Assembly: GCA_044356325.1 (NCBI GenBank)
Contig: JBIKWJ010000001.1
Location: forward strand, 56,305-120,304
Length of the DNA stretch: 64,000 nucleotides
Direction: 5' to 3'
Origin: Minisyncoccia bacterium
GTDB lineage: Bacteria; Patescibacteriota; Minisyncoccia; SW-4-49-11
A program made the translations under genes and the position numbers. The notes beneath the pieces are model-generated. The model was given only the letters and a program-made list of their open reading frames with translations. It made no database searches and was not told the origin of the DNA. Positions 9,092 through 18,232 of this stretch are shown here, piece after piece (position 1 is the stretch's first letter; every line of letters begins with the position of its first letter).

Positions 9092-10662
9092 TACTGATCT
9101 ATAGTTAATTTGGATACTACTGCTGGAACTGCTTCAAAAGACTTTTCATTCTCAATTAATATATTTTTTTGTTTTAATGGTAATGAAGCTTGTAAAAATG
9201 GAATCATAATCATAATATTTAATACTATCCAGGTACCATTCGCAAATAATGATGCGGTGACACCACTATGAGAAAGATAATACGTTATTCCAATTAAAGA
9301 TATCAATATATATATAATATGTGGCCAATTAAGATGAATAAAATTACCAGAAACTTGAGTCTTAGAAGTGATACTAAATCCATTTTTTTGACCAGTCAAT
9401 ACTGCGATTAAAGCTTGAATATGAATCATAAAAGAACTCATTGAGAAAGCTAGCCCTTTAAAAGAATAGGTAAAATTACTACTTCTTTGTAATATATACA
9501 TAACTAGATAAATATATGGGATAAAGATTAGAGCAATAATCATACTAGAATTTATCAATGGGACATTCCCAGTGAATAAGAATATAAGTGGTAAAATCAT
9601 ATTCAAGAGGAATATGACACCAGATAAATAATAGCTAGCTGAGGATAAATATTGTAATTTTTGAGAGAAAGATAACCCCCTATTGAACAAGGGATTATAT
9701 TTGAATATTATTTCTAAACTACCTCTTGCCCATCTAAATTGCTGCTTATAATATGACATAAAATCTTCTGGAGCAAGTCCCTCTGCTAATACCTCTTGTA
9801 TATATACAGATTTCCAGCCCTTTGAGTGGACAAATAAGGAAGTGAGAAAATCTTCTGCAATATTAGTCTCACACATTCCACCAACCGCCATAATTGCCTC
9901 TCTTCTTAATACCATATTAGTACCACACATAAAAACCGAGTTAGTTTTATTCTTACCCTTACAGATAGCTCCAAAAAATAATTCTTGTTGTCTCCAAGCC
10001 CCTTCAGTGACAAGATTCTGATTATGATTCTTATAATATTGTGGTGTTTGCACAAAACCTACTTTCGAATCAATAAAATATCCCATAGTTTTCTGTAAGA
10101 ACTCTTGATCCGGTACATGATCTGCATCGAATACCACAAAGAATTCACTTTTTGTTTGCTGTAAAGCATTATTTATATTACCAGCCTTAGCTCCATGTGG
10201 AATTTTCCTTGTAATACAGTTGACACCCAAGTCTTTAGCTAATTTTTTAACTTCTCGCCAATTATCTTTTTTAGCTACAAAGCCATCATTTAATACATAA
10301 ATATTAAATTTTGGATATACCATATTCTTGGCCGCAATAGCGGTTTCCTTGATGATTTCAATTGGTTCTCCTGCCACTGTGATAAATATATCTACTTCTG
10401 GAGAAAAGTTTTCATCATATATATTATTACTTTGAGTGTCCCAAACTGTAATAATATACGTAATTATTTGCCATAAATGAAATATTTCTCCTACAATCAA
10501 AATAGCATATAACCAATAATTACTAGGTGCTATAAAAAATGTAATAAATATAAAGTAAATAAGCGATATTAATGCCACTCCTATGAGTAATATTTTAGAG
10601 GCTTGGGTATTTTGTAAAAATATTTTACGTGGATTATCATTCATAGACATATAATTATTCAT
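9091..10662 (-). CDS. Processive family 2 glycosyltransferase (cellulose-synthase-like, BcsA/PgaC-type).
   Basis: 523 aa. Contains the D, D, D motifs (VVFDADHVPD) and the hallmark QxxRW (QQFRWARG), with N- and C-terminal transmembrane helices. Confidence 0.8.
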   Translation of the reverse strand: MNNYMSMNDNPRKIFLQNTQASKILLIGVALISLIYFIFITFFIAPSNYWLYAILIVGEIFHLWQIITYIITVWDTQSNNIYDENFSPEVDIFITVAGEPIEIIKETAIAAKNMVYPKFNIYVLNDGFVAKKDNWREVKKLAKDLGVNCITRKIPHGAKAGNINNALQQTKSEFFVVFDADHVPDQEFLQKTMGYFIDSKVGFVQTPQYYKNHNQNLVTEGAWRQQELFFGAICKGKNKTNSVFMCGTNMVLRREAIMAVGGMCETNIAEDFLTSLFVHSKGWKSVYIQEVLAEGLAPEDFMSYYKQQFRWARGSLEIIFKYNPLFNRGLSFSQKLQYLSSASYYLSGVIFLLNMILPLIFLFTGNVPLINSSMIIALIFIPYIYLVMYILQRSSNFTYSFKGLAFSMSSFMIHIQALIAVLTGQKNGFSITSKTQVSGNFIHLNWPHIIYILISLIGITYYLSHSGVTASLFANGTWIVLNIMIMIPFLQASLPLKQKNILIENEKSFEAVPAVVSKLTIDQ

Positions 10663-11911
10663 AAGCTTCTTTTATATCTTGCTCAGATAAAGTAGCAAAA
10701 TAATTTGGAAGTAAATCATTATATGTAGCAAGTCCAAACCAAGCCCAGTTACTATCATAATAACCTAATGGATATCTCCATTTTTGAGTGTCTCTATTGT
10801 ATAAAGGTAATAGTTTTTGTTCATATATATCCTTTGCAATATCTGGATTAGCAATTACAAAATAACCGATATTAGCACCAATTACCGCTGGAGATGAACC
10901 CTTATCCAATATTCTCCCATCATGAGAGTAGGTATTATAAATATTTTTATCTGAATTCCAAATAGATAATAAGAAATTATTCTTTTCAAAATAACTTTTT
11001 GCCCTACTATCTTTATACCATGAATAATCTAGATATAGCCGCCACATAACCCTATGTGCATCAAAACTATAATTAGTTGTGATATCACCATTTTGAGATG
11101 CCGTCAGTAATCCCGTATTTCTATCTAGGAGCACCCAATCTGTTGGTATTCCAGCCGAATTTTGCTTGTCTAAAGGAAAAGCTGAGGATGTTATAATTAC
11201 CTCATAAGAAGTATTTATAACTCCTTGCCAATCATGAGATTTATCTATATTCGAGAACATTCTATATGCATAGGGAGCATAATAAGATGGGTTTAATAAC
11301 AGGGTATTTGAATTATATTTTTCGATATCATTAGCGGTAATATATGGCCTATTATCAACCATAACTACACTTTCATTCCAAATAGCTTTAATAATACTGT
11401 CAGCTTCCAAAAGATATGTAGAGTTACCCCAACGAGCATAAGCAAATAACAAAGCCATAGCTATATCTGTATCTCCATCTGTAGCAGAATTATCACCACC
11501 TATTTCATTAAGAACTCCATAACTACCATCTTCTTTTTTACCAAATACCCAAGCAAATAAATTATTACTCTTCCACAGATTATCTTTTGTCCATTGCCAA
11601 CTTTTATCAAAAGTTTCTTTATCATCTTGCCAAACTGCTCTCAGCATAGTATAACTTTGACCTTCGGAAGTAGTAATATCATTCCTCTGCCGGTCTAAAG
11701 TTCTAAAAGATGAATCCTCAATATAATCATCTTTATAATTCTCCCATAAAGATTCTAACATAGCTTTATTTGAAAATATATAATTATTTTGAATGGATTT
11801 TTCCTTAACAAAAGATGTATTGCTGAGACCCATGAATAAAATAATCATTAAAAAAGCAAATGCACCTATCCAAATTGTTTGATTGAGTATACTTAATATA
11901 TTGTTTATCAT
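10655..11911 (-). CDS. Glycoside hydrolase family 8 endoglucanase (BcsZ-like), membrane-anchored.
   Basis: ATDGDTDIAMALLFAYARW matches the GH8 active-site signature A-[ST]-D-[AG]-D-x2-[IM]-A-x-[SA]-[LIVM]-[LIVMG]-x-A-x3-[FW]. It has an N-terminal transmembrane helix, and its stop overlaps the start of the GT2 gene. Confidence 0.8.
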   Translation of the reverse strand: MINNILSILNQTIWIGAFAFLMIILFMGLSNTSFVKEKSIQNNYIFSNKAMLESLWENYKDDYIEDSSFRTLDRQRNDITTSEGQSYTMLRAVWQDDKETFDKSWQWTKDNLWKSNNLFAWVFGKKEDGSYGVLNEIGGDNSATDGDTDIAMALLFAYARWGNSTYLLEADSIIKAIWNESVVMVDNRPYITANDIEKYNSNTLLLNPSYYAPYAYRMFSNIDKSHDWQGVINTSYEVIITSSAFPLDKQNSAGIPTDWVLLDRNTGLLTASQNGDITTNYSFDAHRVMWRLYLDYSWYKDSRAKSYFEKNNFLLSIWNSDKNIYNTYSHDGRILDKGSSPAVIGANIGYFVIANPDIAKDIYEQKLLPLYNRDTQKWRYPLGYYDSNWAWFGLATYNDLLPNYFATLSEQDIKEAYE

Positions 11912-11968
11912 TGCTTATTTCTATAATAGATTACTGTTAATAAAGTTACATAGTCAAAACTAGCACAC

Positions 11969-12005
11969 TACTTAACTTTTGTCAAATGTTGACAAAAGTT
12001 AAGTA
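11969..12005. promoter_or_regulatory. Perfect inverted repeat with 17 bp arms, a candidate operator upstream of the GH8-GT2 operon.
   Basis: tacttaacttttgtcaa-atg-ttgacaaaagttaagta. It contains TTGACA in both orientations and lies about 60-100 bp upstream of the 11911 start codon. Confidence 0.45.
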
Positions 12006-12039
12006 GACATTATGACAATAATTTTATATATAATCTAAA

Positions 12040-12077
12040 ATAAAAAAAGCAATATTTTGATATCAAAATATTGCTTT
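12040..12077 (-). terminator. Rho-independent terminator for the 12174..13541 gene.
   Basis: A 15 bp perfect hairpin aaagcaatattttga-ta-tcaaaatattgcttt followed on the minus strand by a T-run. Confidence 0.5.
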
Positions 12078-12173
12078 AAAATACAAGATTTAAGTAATTA
12101 TATAGTGAAAATATCCTCTATAAATTTCAACCAAATATCTTCCTTTTTTCTCTGATAATGTATAAATTAAAAA

Positions 12174-13541
12174 TTAGTAAGCGACTGGTCTTGGCATTGG
12201 AACTGGTAAAATATTAGTAAATCCAGATTGAAAAAATAATAAATACAAAGCCAATATAATTACAAACCAAATAAATTGTAGAATGATAATTGACAATAAA
12301 TTACCCCAACCCTTTCTCAAACCAACCATAATAGCTGGTGCGAGGAGAATGAGAGCATATAATAGAGTTGTGATGACTGAAATCAGAGAGCTGAATGTGG
12401 GATCATAATATATATATTGCCATACATTATTATAATTCAAGACTCTTAATATAAGACTTATAATAATGACTACAATAACTGCTCCCAGACTAATTAAAAC
12501 ATTATTCAAATCAAATAAATGAATAGAATTTTTATTGGTAATATTCTGCTCCTTATTTTGTGTTTTGCGAGAGTCATCCGAACTTTTTTTAGGTTTAGAA
12601 TTGATATATTTTGAAATGAGATAAATCAATACAATAATCGCAGCAATCACGAGAATTGTATTGATAATTTCATTGAGATAAAGCCTCAACCAATTCTTGG
12701 CATATTCTCCTCTGACATTAAAACTCTCATTAGGAGCGAGACTTTTACCCTCTTTTATAATTGCTCCATAAGAGCCAATATTACTAACTACCCTGTCTAA
12801 TTCCCTACTAGATACAGCTGATGAATCTCCTAATTTAGCCATAGGCATAGTCCCAGCACTTTCATTATAATTGACCGATGATTGTTTGCCTTTGATAAAT
12901 AAATCACTATCTACATCTACTGCTACTTTCGTTGATTGTATTCTGGAATTTACTCGTATAGTCTCAAAATTGAATTTATATAAACCAAAAGTATTATCTA
13001 CATAACCCTTAGAAGCATAAGAGATAATAAGAGCAGTAGATTTGGAAGGCTCGACTGAATTAGGCAAAGTTAAATTATAAGTATTTCCCGTTTTCGTATA
13101 TTTGATTTTAGTATATTCAGCTGATTGTCCTGAGCCATAGTAATAATAATCTTGCCCATAATCTGGGTCACGATATTCCAAACACTTATTAGGTTGAGTA
13201 TTATAATCATATCTTACACATTCTGGAGGTAATTTCATCTGATACATTATCATCTCATAAGGATCAACTTTTGGAATTTCAAAACTAAAGTCGCTGAGAG
13301 CCTGTTCCTCTCGATTAGGGATAACTATTTTAGCATAGGTAATAGCCTCACCATTACCACGAAAAACCACACTATAGGAATGTTTTTGCCCAAATAAAAG
13401 TGAGTTGGAAGTATCAGAGGGTATAGGTGGAATAGGATACAGAGCAGGTCTTGATTCAGCAAAAACAACTCCCCCAAAATTAGTTAAAAAAAGACCCAGT
13501 ACTAGTACTAAAGCAATAGATTTCCTTATTATTTTATACAT
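12174..13541 (-). CDS. Secreted, membrane-anchored hypothetical protein.
   Basis: 455 aa. It has an N-terminal signal peptide (LVLVLGLFLTNFGGVVFA), a large extracytoplasmic domain and C-terminal transmembrane helices. Confidence 0.45.
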   Translation of the reverse strand: MYKIIRKSIALVLVLGLFLTNFGGVVFAESRPALYPIPPIPSDTSNSLLFGQKHSYSVVFRGNGEAITYAKIVIPNREEQALSDFSFEIPKVDPYEMIMYQMKLPPECVRYDYNTQPNKCLEYRDPDYGQDYYYYGSGQSAEYTKIKYTKTGNTYNLTLPNSVEPSKSTALIISYASKGYVDNTFGLYKFNFETIRVNSRIQSTKVAVDVDSDLFIKGKQSSVNYNESAGTMPMAKLGDSSAVSSRELDRVVSNIGSYGAIIKEGKSLAPNESFNVRGEYAKNWLRLYLNEIINTILVIAAIIVLIYLISKYINSKPKKSSDDSRKTQNKEQNITNKNSIHLFDLNNVLISLGAVIVVIIISLILRVLNYNNVWQYIYYDPTFSSLISVITTLLYALILLAPAIMVGLRKGWGNLLSIIILQFIWFVIILALYLLFFQSGFTNILPVPMPRPVAY

Positions 13542-13660
13542 ATTTTTATTTAGTAATTTAATACTGAATATATAATAACATAAATTTAAAAAATTATCTC
13601 AAATTTAGGAAAAGCAAATATTCTCAGAAAAAAACTTTTACAAATAATATAGTAGTGATT

Positions 13661-14005
13661 TTATTCGTTGTGATTTTGATTGACTTTAAAAGCAATAATT
13701 TTCTCAATCAACTCATAAGGAATGGGTTTATCGAGAGGAAATTGTACTGACCCCTTACCTTGTTTGTATTGGGATAAGTCTTGCGCAAATTCTGTATGAG
13801 CTCTAGGATTGGCATATAATCCAATATGATGTTCAAAGGCGGCAAAATATACCAAAGGTTTATGATTGAGTTTAAAAGCAGGCATTGCATAAGAAATACT
13901 CTCCTCAGCCTCTGGAGCTAAAGTCTTGACCAAATCATATAGCTTATTCAAGATGATTTGTGTTGATTCAGGGAATTGTGATATATATTCAGCTATAGAA
14001 TTCAT
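13661..14005 (-). CDS. DUF1801 (YdhG-like) domain protein.
   Basis: 114 aa with the YdhG-like pattern ...SYAMPAFKLNHKPLVYFAAFEHHIGLY.... Confidence 0.5.
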   Translation of the reverse strand: MNSIAEYISQFPESTQIILNKLYDLVKTLAPEAEESISYAMPAFKLNHKPLVYFAAFEHHIGLYANPRAHTEFAQDLSQYKQGKGSVQFPLDKPIPYELIEKIIAFKVNQNHNE

Positions 14006-14040
14006 ATATTGTTAATTTACATTATATATAGTATAGCATA

Positions 14041-14460
14041 TGAATAAGGTGAGAAAAATCCTAGGTAAACTAGGAGTTATGTAGGGGCGACCTTGTAGTC
14101 GCCTGCACTATTATGTCCTCCTTTCTACATACGGTAGACAAGTGGAGGGGGTGGCCGTCAGGCCAGAGGTGGACTAAGCTAAATTCCCCTCTTGAGGGGT
14201 ACCGTCGTTAGATGGTGGGGTGGAATATTTTTGTAACTTGAGTTTGTGCCCCCCTTCGCCTGCCTGCGGTAGGCAGGGAGGGGGAAGCCTGAAAGACGGG
14301 GGTGGATAGAATCAAAACTAAAGTATATTTGATAATCATATTGAATTTGAGAATATAGGTTTTTAATTATCCACACCCACCGCAAGCGGTTCCCCCTCTC
14401 CAAAGAGGGACATAAGACAGGCAACTGAAAGGTCACCCCTACGAAATGCATAATTTACAA
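14041..14460. repeat. GC-rich interspersed repeat, copy A (composite and degenerate MITE-like element).
   Basis: GC-rich insert in AT-rich DNA. It shares modules with the other copies: gtaggggcgacctt, ggtggccgtcaggccagaggtgga, cctgcctgcggtaggcaggga, ttcccctcttgaggggtaccgtcg and aaggtcacccctac. A hairpin ccccgtaatttacgggg plus T-run follows at 14476-14505. Confidence 0.6.
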
Positions 14461-14503
14461 TTGCCAACTACACCCCACCCCGTAATTTACGGGGTGTTTT
14501 TCT

Positions 14504-14920
14504 TTATATAGACTTGAGGAAGCGCTCAATATCAGGATATCTCTCGCTGAACATAAGATATACAGTTTCTGGCTTCTCTACCTCACCAATTAATATCAGT
14601 TTTTTATTAAGACCAAAAGCAACCCCAGCCTCCATATGAGCAGCAAGTCCACAAGGGAGTAACATTACAATAGTATCAGCATTCTTGAGTCCGGCCATAT
14701 CAGTTTCGAAATGATCAATATGAATGGGATCATTCCAAAAATTGGTATGAGATTCCAAAATATTCATTTGTTCCTCCCAAGGTAAATCAGGAGTGTCTGG
14801 AGTTGCTGGTATATCAAGAAAATTATAACAGCTATAGCCTTTGGATTCTATTCCATCTACAAGAAGCTGAATATTATCAGCATTCCGTGTGCGCCCTATT
14901 ACCATATAGTCTGTTTGCAT
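14504..14920 (-). CDS. Nucleoside 2-deoxyribosyltransferase-like (NDT/LOG/SLOG superfamily) small protein.
   Basis: 138 aa. ...IVMLLPCGLAAHMEAGVAFGLNKKLILIGE resembles the NDT motif, but the position corresponding to the usual catalytic E of the FE pair reads G. Confidence 0.35.
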   Translation of the reverse strand: MQTDYMVIGRTRNADNIQLLVDGIESKGYSCYNFLDIPATPDTPDLPWEEQMNILESHTNFWNDPIHIDHFETDMAGLKNADTIVMLLPCGLAAHMEAGVAFGLNKKLILIGEVEKPETVYLMFSERYPDIERFLKSI

Positions 14921-14957
14921 ATTATTTTTCTCTATCTTTTAGAAAAATTATTTAGGT

Positions 14958-15290
14958 CTATTTTCTAGAGCACCATGTATAACTATCAATACATCTCAAT
15001 GTATTGGGTTCAGAGTCATCAGGACAAATTTTTTCACTAAGAGGGGTGCCTTTTTCATAAATAAGTGAGTTGGCCTGCTCAGCATCATTGACTGAAGATA
15101 AGCAACAACCTGATTCTTTACATTTATTTCTAAAACTTTCATAATATGCTTTTGATTTGGGTTCTATTTTTGTCTGTTGATTAGAGAGATTATTTTCTAC
15201 AGTTTTTTGGTTAATATTAATATAGATAAACAAAATAATACCTATAATAGCTAAAAGAATCGATAATGATATTATATAAATTTTTTTCAT
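14958..15290 (-). CDS. Small Cys-rich secreted or membrane-anchored protein.
   Basis: 110 aa with an N-terminal hydrophobic anchor and 7 Cys in the C-terminal half. Confidence 0.35.
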   Translation of the reverse strand: MKKIYIISLSILLAIIGIILFIYININQKTVENNLSNQQTKIEPKSKAYYESFRNKCKESGCCLSSVNDAEQANSLIYEKGTPLSEKICPDDSEPNTLRCIDSYTWCSRK

Positions 15291-15342
15291 AGTTTTATTA
15301 TATAGATTTATCTTATATCATACAAGACTATATACTTATTTG

Positions 15343-15380
15343 TGCGCAGAAGAGAGACTTGAGTCGCAAATGGGATTTGC
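15343..15380 (-). repeat. Partial duplicate of the tRNA-Leu 3' end fused to the same hairpin gcaaatgggatttgc seen at 1282-1296.
   Basis: Plus-strand tgcgcagaagagagacttgagtc is close to the 3' end of tRNA-Leu at 16485-16507 (tgcgcagaagaggacttgaacctc). It is followed immediately by gcaaatgggatttgc. Confidence 0.5.
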
Positions 15381-15451
15381 TATATAGTGTCTAGAATAGC
15401 CTAAAATAGTATATAAAAAAAGGTTTTCCATATTAAATTACTAGCTTACAA

Positions 15452-16342
15452 CTAGTAACTATCCCTCGTATATACCCTTTTTCTAAGTTTAAAAATCATC
15501 CCCGGGAAATTGTATGTTACTGTACCATCTCTTTCTATTTTAAGCCTGAGTGACTCTTTAATCTCATTGGATAAACTATCTGTATATTCAACCCACATTG
15601 ATTTGCCTAAATCTGTCATTTCTTTAGTTCGCATATAGGTTATAGTACCTTCAAAATTATCTATTTCCTCAAAGCAAAACCCAGCTTCATAAAACCATTG
15701 CTTTAATTCTTTTAATTTGGCAAAATACCGAGGGTATTTTTCTGTATCAATACTTTGATATTGTCCTGAGGCTAAATCTTTGATATTTACAATATCATTG
15801 AGAGCATTATGAGTAATATCAGTGGTAATATATGTTTGTAGAATAAATGTACCATTAGAGACTAAAACCCTATTAATTTCTTTTAAAGCTTTTATCTGAA
15901 GTGTTTTAGGCAAATCATATATAGCTGATCTGAGAAAAATACGATCAAAACTTTCATTGGGAAATGGTATATCAACAACAGAAGCTTGGATTTTTTTTAA
16001 TTCTTTTGGCGACATATTTAGCATACCTTGGCTAAAATCAAGTACATAATTTTGACATCTTGGAAAAAGCACCTTTAACCGCTTTGATAATAATGCAGTC
16101 CCACACATTACTTCAAGTATCTTCTGCCCATCTTCAATTTCTGATATTTCAATAATTCTAGGTATTAAGTCATCTCGACGAGTACCTTCATAGGCTTTCC
16201 CATTCCATTGGGAAGCAATCCTATCATAGCGCTTTTGAAGCTGAATATTTATAATGGATGAAACTTCATCTTTGATATTACTTTTTCTTTTTTTGAGTTT
16301 TTCTGAAATTAGAATATTTGTAGAATTATTAAATTTACTCAT
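15452..16342 (-). CDS. Class I SAM-dependent methyltransferase.
   Basis: 296 aa. Motif I is ILEVMCGTALLS, and a post-I acidic residue and the motif ...DRIFLRSAIYDLP... are present. Confidence 0.7.
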   Translation of the reverse strand: MSKFNNSTNILISEKLKKRKSNIKDEVSSIINIQLQKRYDRIASQWNGKAYEGTRRDDLIPRIIEISEIEDGQKILEVMCGTALLSKRLKVLFPRCQNYVLDFSQGMLNMSPKELKKIQASVVDIPFPNESFDRIFLRSAIYDLPKTLQIKALKEINRVLVSNGTFILQTYITTDITHNALNDIVNIKDLASGQYQSIDTEKYPRYFAKLKELKQWFYEAGFCFEEIDNFEGTITYMRTKEMTDLGKSMWVEYTDSLSNEIKESLRLKIERDGTVTYNFPGMIFKLRKRVYTRDSY

Positions 16343-16484
16343 ACTACAAAATTAAACTACTAATTTAAAATAATTATTTATCATTATAAAGATTTTATCA
16401 TAATTTTAAAATTTTTATAAAATACTACGTCTAATAATAAAATATACCCTTAAGGATAAATCCTCAAGAGCATATTTTCTATAG

Positions 16485-16573
16485 TGCGCAGAAGAGGACT
16501 TGAACCTCCACGGTACTTTGTATTTTCCCACAAGCACCTCAAGCTTGCGTGTCTACCATTCCACCACCTGCGC
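16485..16573 (-). tRNA. tRNA-Leu (anticodon GAG), type II.
   Basis: Reverse complement is GCGCAGGTGGTGGAATGGTAGACACGCAAGCTTGAGGTGCTTG + a long variable arm + GGAGGTTCAAGTCCTCTTCTGCGCA. The anticodon loop is TTGAGGT. Confidence 0.8.
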
Positions 16574-16607
16574 ATTTGAGAGGTTTTAGACTCTCAGGAA
16601 GCTGATA

Positions 16608-17021
16608 TTATTCAGCTGAGGTAATTTGTTGTTCTGGAGTATCTTCTACTACTGGAGCTGATTTTGTTGACTCTGTAGTAATAATTTTCTTTGCTCGCTC
16701 TTTTAGACGATATTTCTTTCCTATTGCTTCTCTTAGATAAAAGAGTTTAGCTCGGCGAACTTTATTATGCTTAAGGATTTCAACTTTTGCAATATTAGGA
16801 GAATATATAGGGAAAATTCTCTCTACACCTATTCCGAGAGATACTTTTCTGACGGTGAAAGTAGCAGAAATACTCGTTTTAAGATGTTTTGCAATTACAA
16901 TACCTTCGAATATCTGAATTCGCTCTTTTGTTCCTTCAATAACTTTTTGATGTACTCGAACAGTATCCCCTATTTGTATAGGTTCAAATGGTAATTCTGT
17001 AGGTGTTGCTGCTGTACTCAT
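16608..17021 (-). CDS. rplS: 50S ribosomal protein L19.
   Basis: 137 aa. ...[33 protein letters not shown]... is conserved in L19. Confidence 0.85.
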   Translation of the reverse strand: MSTAATPTELPFEPIQIGDTVRVHQKVIEGTKERIQIFEGIVIAKHLKTSISATFTVRKVSLGIGVERIFPIYSPNIAKVEILKHNKVRRAKLFYLREAIGKKYRLKERAKKIITTESTKSAPVVEDTPEQQITSAE

Positions 17022-17059
17022 ATCATTGTCTTATATAATCTCCCTATAATGTGTTGGGG

Positions 17060-17133
17060 TGGGCGATGTAGGATTCGAACCTACGACCCTCTCGGTGTAA
17101 ACGAGATGCTCTAACCAACTGAGCCAATCGCCC
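17060..17133 (-). tRNA. tRNA-Val (anticodon TAC).
   Basis: Reverse complement is GGGCGATTGGCTCAGTTGGTTAGAGCATCTCGTTTACACCGAGAGGGTCGTAGGTTCGAATCCTACATCGCCCA. The acceptor stem pairs GGGCGAT with ATCGCCC, and the anticodon loop is TTTACAC. Confidence 0.8.
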
Positions 17134-17172
17134 CAAGTATTAGAATGAATCTTCTTATAGCGAAGCTCATCT

Positions 17173-17249
17173 TGGTAGCGATAGGAGGGATCGAACCTCC
17201 GACCTCGGGCTTATGAGTCCCGCGCTCTAACCAGCTGAGCTATATCGCC
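17173..17249 (-). tRNA. tRNA-Met (anticodon CAT). It is the elongator type, or possibly the Ile2 lysidine type. CCA is encoded.
   Basis: Reverse complement is GGCGATATAGCTCAGCTGGTTAGAGCGCGGGACTCATAAGCCCGAGGTCGGAGGTTCGATCCCTCCTATCGCTACCA. Confidence 0.7.
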
Positions 17250-17273
17250 AATTAAGAGAAAGATACATCTTTG

Positions 17274-17345
<72 letters not shown>

Positions 17346-17496
17346 AATTTATATAACGCTTTAACATTATGACATATTCTTGAAAATAATGCAAGAGTTA
17401 GGGAAGGTGAATGATTAAAGCCAGTTAAACAATGTTAGTTTTCCAGATTGAAACAAAGACTAGATCGTAATACCCCATAACCTAATGCAAATATTT

Positions 17497-18045
17497 CTAG
17501 CAAGAAAGTTGTATCACTTGGGGGCTGATCCACAGGTGATTTCTTATACTAATAATAGCTTTGGATAATTTTTTTGATTCAATTTTTCTTATTTTTCCAT
17601 CATCTGGATCAATAATTTCATAAAAATCATCAATTTTTTTATTTACAATTATGAAATGTGGGTAATGATATTTGTAGTATAATCCCCAGTCCTGATTCCA
17701 GAGATGAAATCTATCAAGATAGAGTATTATAGGTTTTTCTAGAATTTTATCAATAAAGTTTAATTTTATTTTTTCTTGAGTTAAAGAAATTTGTTTGGGT
17801 AGATTCATCTTCTTAACAAAATCAAAAAATATTTGCGAATCCACATACCAATCAATTTTAACTTTGAAATCTTTAACAATTTTTTCCAGATGACCTCTCG
17901 CAATATTTTCTCGTTCGTACTTCAAGGAAAATATTAGTAGCTCAAGTTCATATTTGTCAGGTATTTTTTGATGTTTTTCTTTCTCTAAAAGAATCATCAA
18001 ACATTTGGCTAAACAAGTTTCGGGATGTTTTTGCTTAAAACTCAT
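17497..18045 (-). CDS. Stand-alone C39-like (papain-fold) cysteine peptidase domain protein.
   Basis: 182 aa. The Cys motif ETCLAKCLMIL fits the C39 pattern D-C-G-A-A-C-L-A-M-I. The His motif HFIIVNK and the downstream EIIDPDDGK (C39 DPA.G) are also present. Confidence 0.45.
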   Translation of the reverse strand: MSFKQKHPETCLAKCLMILLEKEKHQKIPDKYELELLIFSLKYERENIARGHLEKIVKDFKVKIDWYVDSQIFFDFVKKMNLPKQISLTQEKIKLNFIDKILEKPIILYLDRFHLWNQDWGLYYKYHYPHFIIVNKKIDDFYEIIDPDDGKIRKIESKKLSKAIISIRNHLWISPQVIQLSC

Positions 18046-18232
18046 AATACATAATTATAATAGCCTTATTAAATTATCACAGACACTAAAAATTCTACTT
18101 AATTTCATAAAATATCCTTATAAGAATATTATACCTTTTCTTTATTTTTCACAAGTACAATGATTTAATTTGTTTGGATAATATTAGCTATGTTATAATA
18201 AATTTAATCTTATTCATAATTACCTAAAATAT

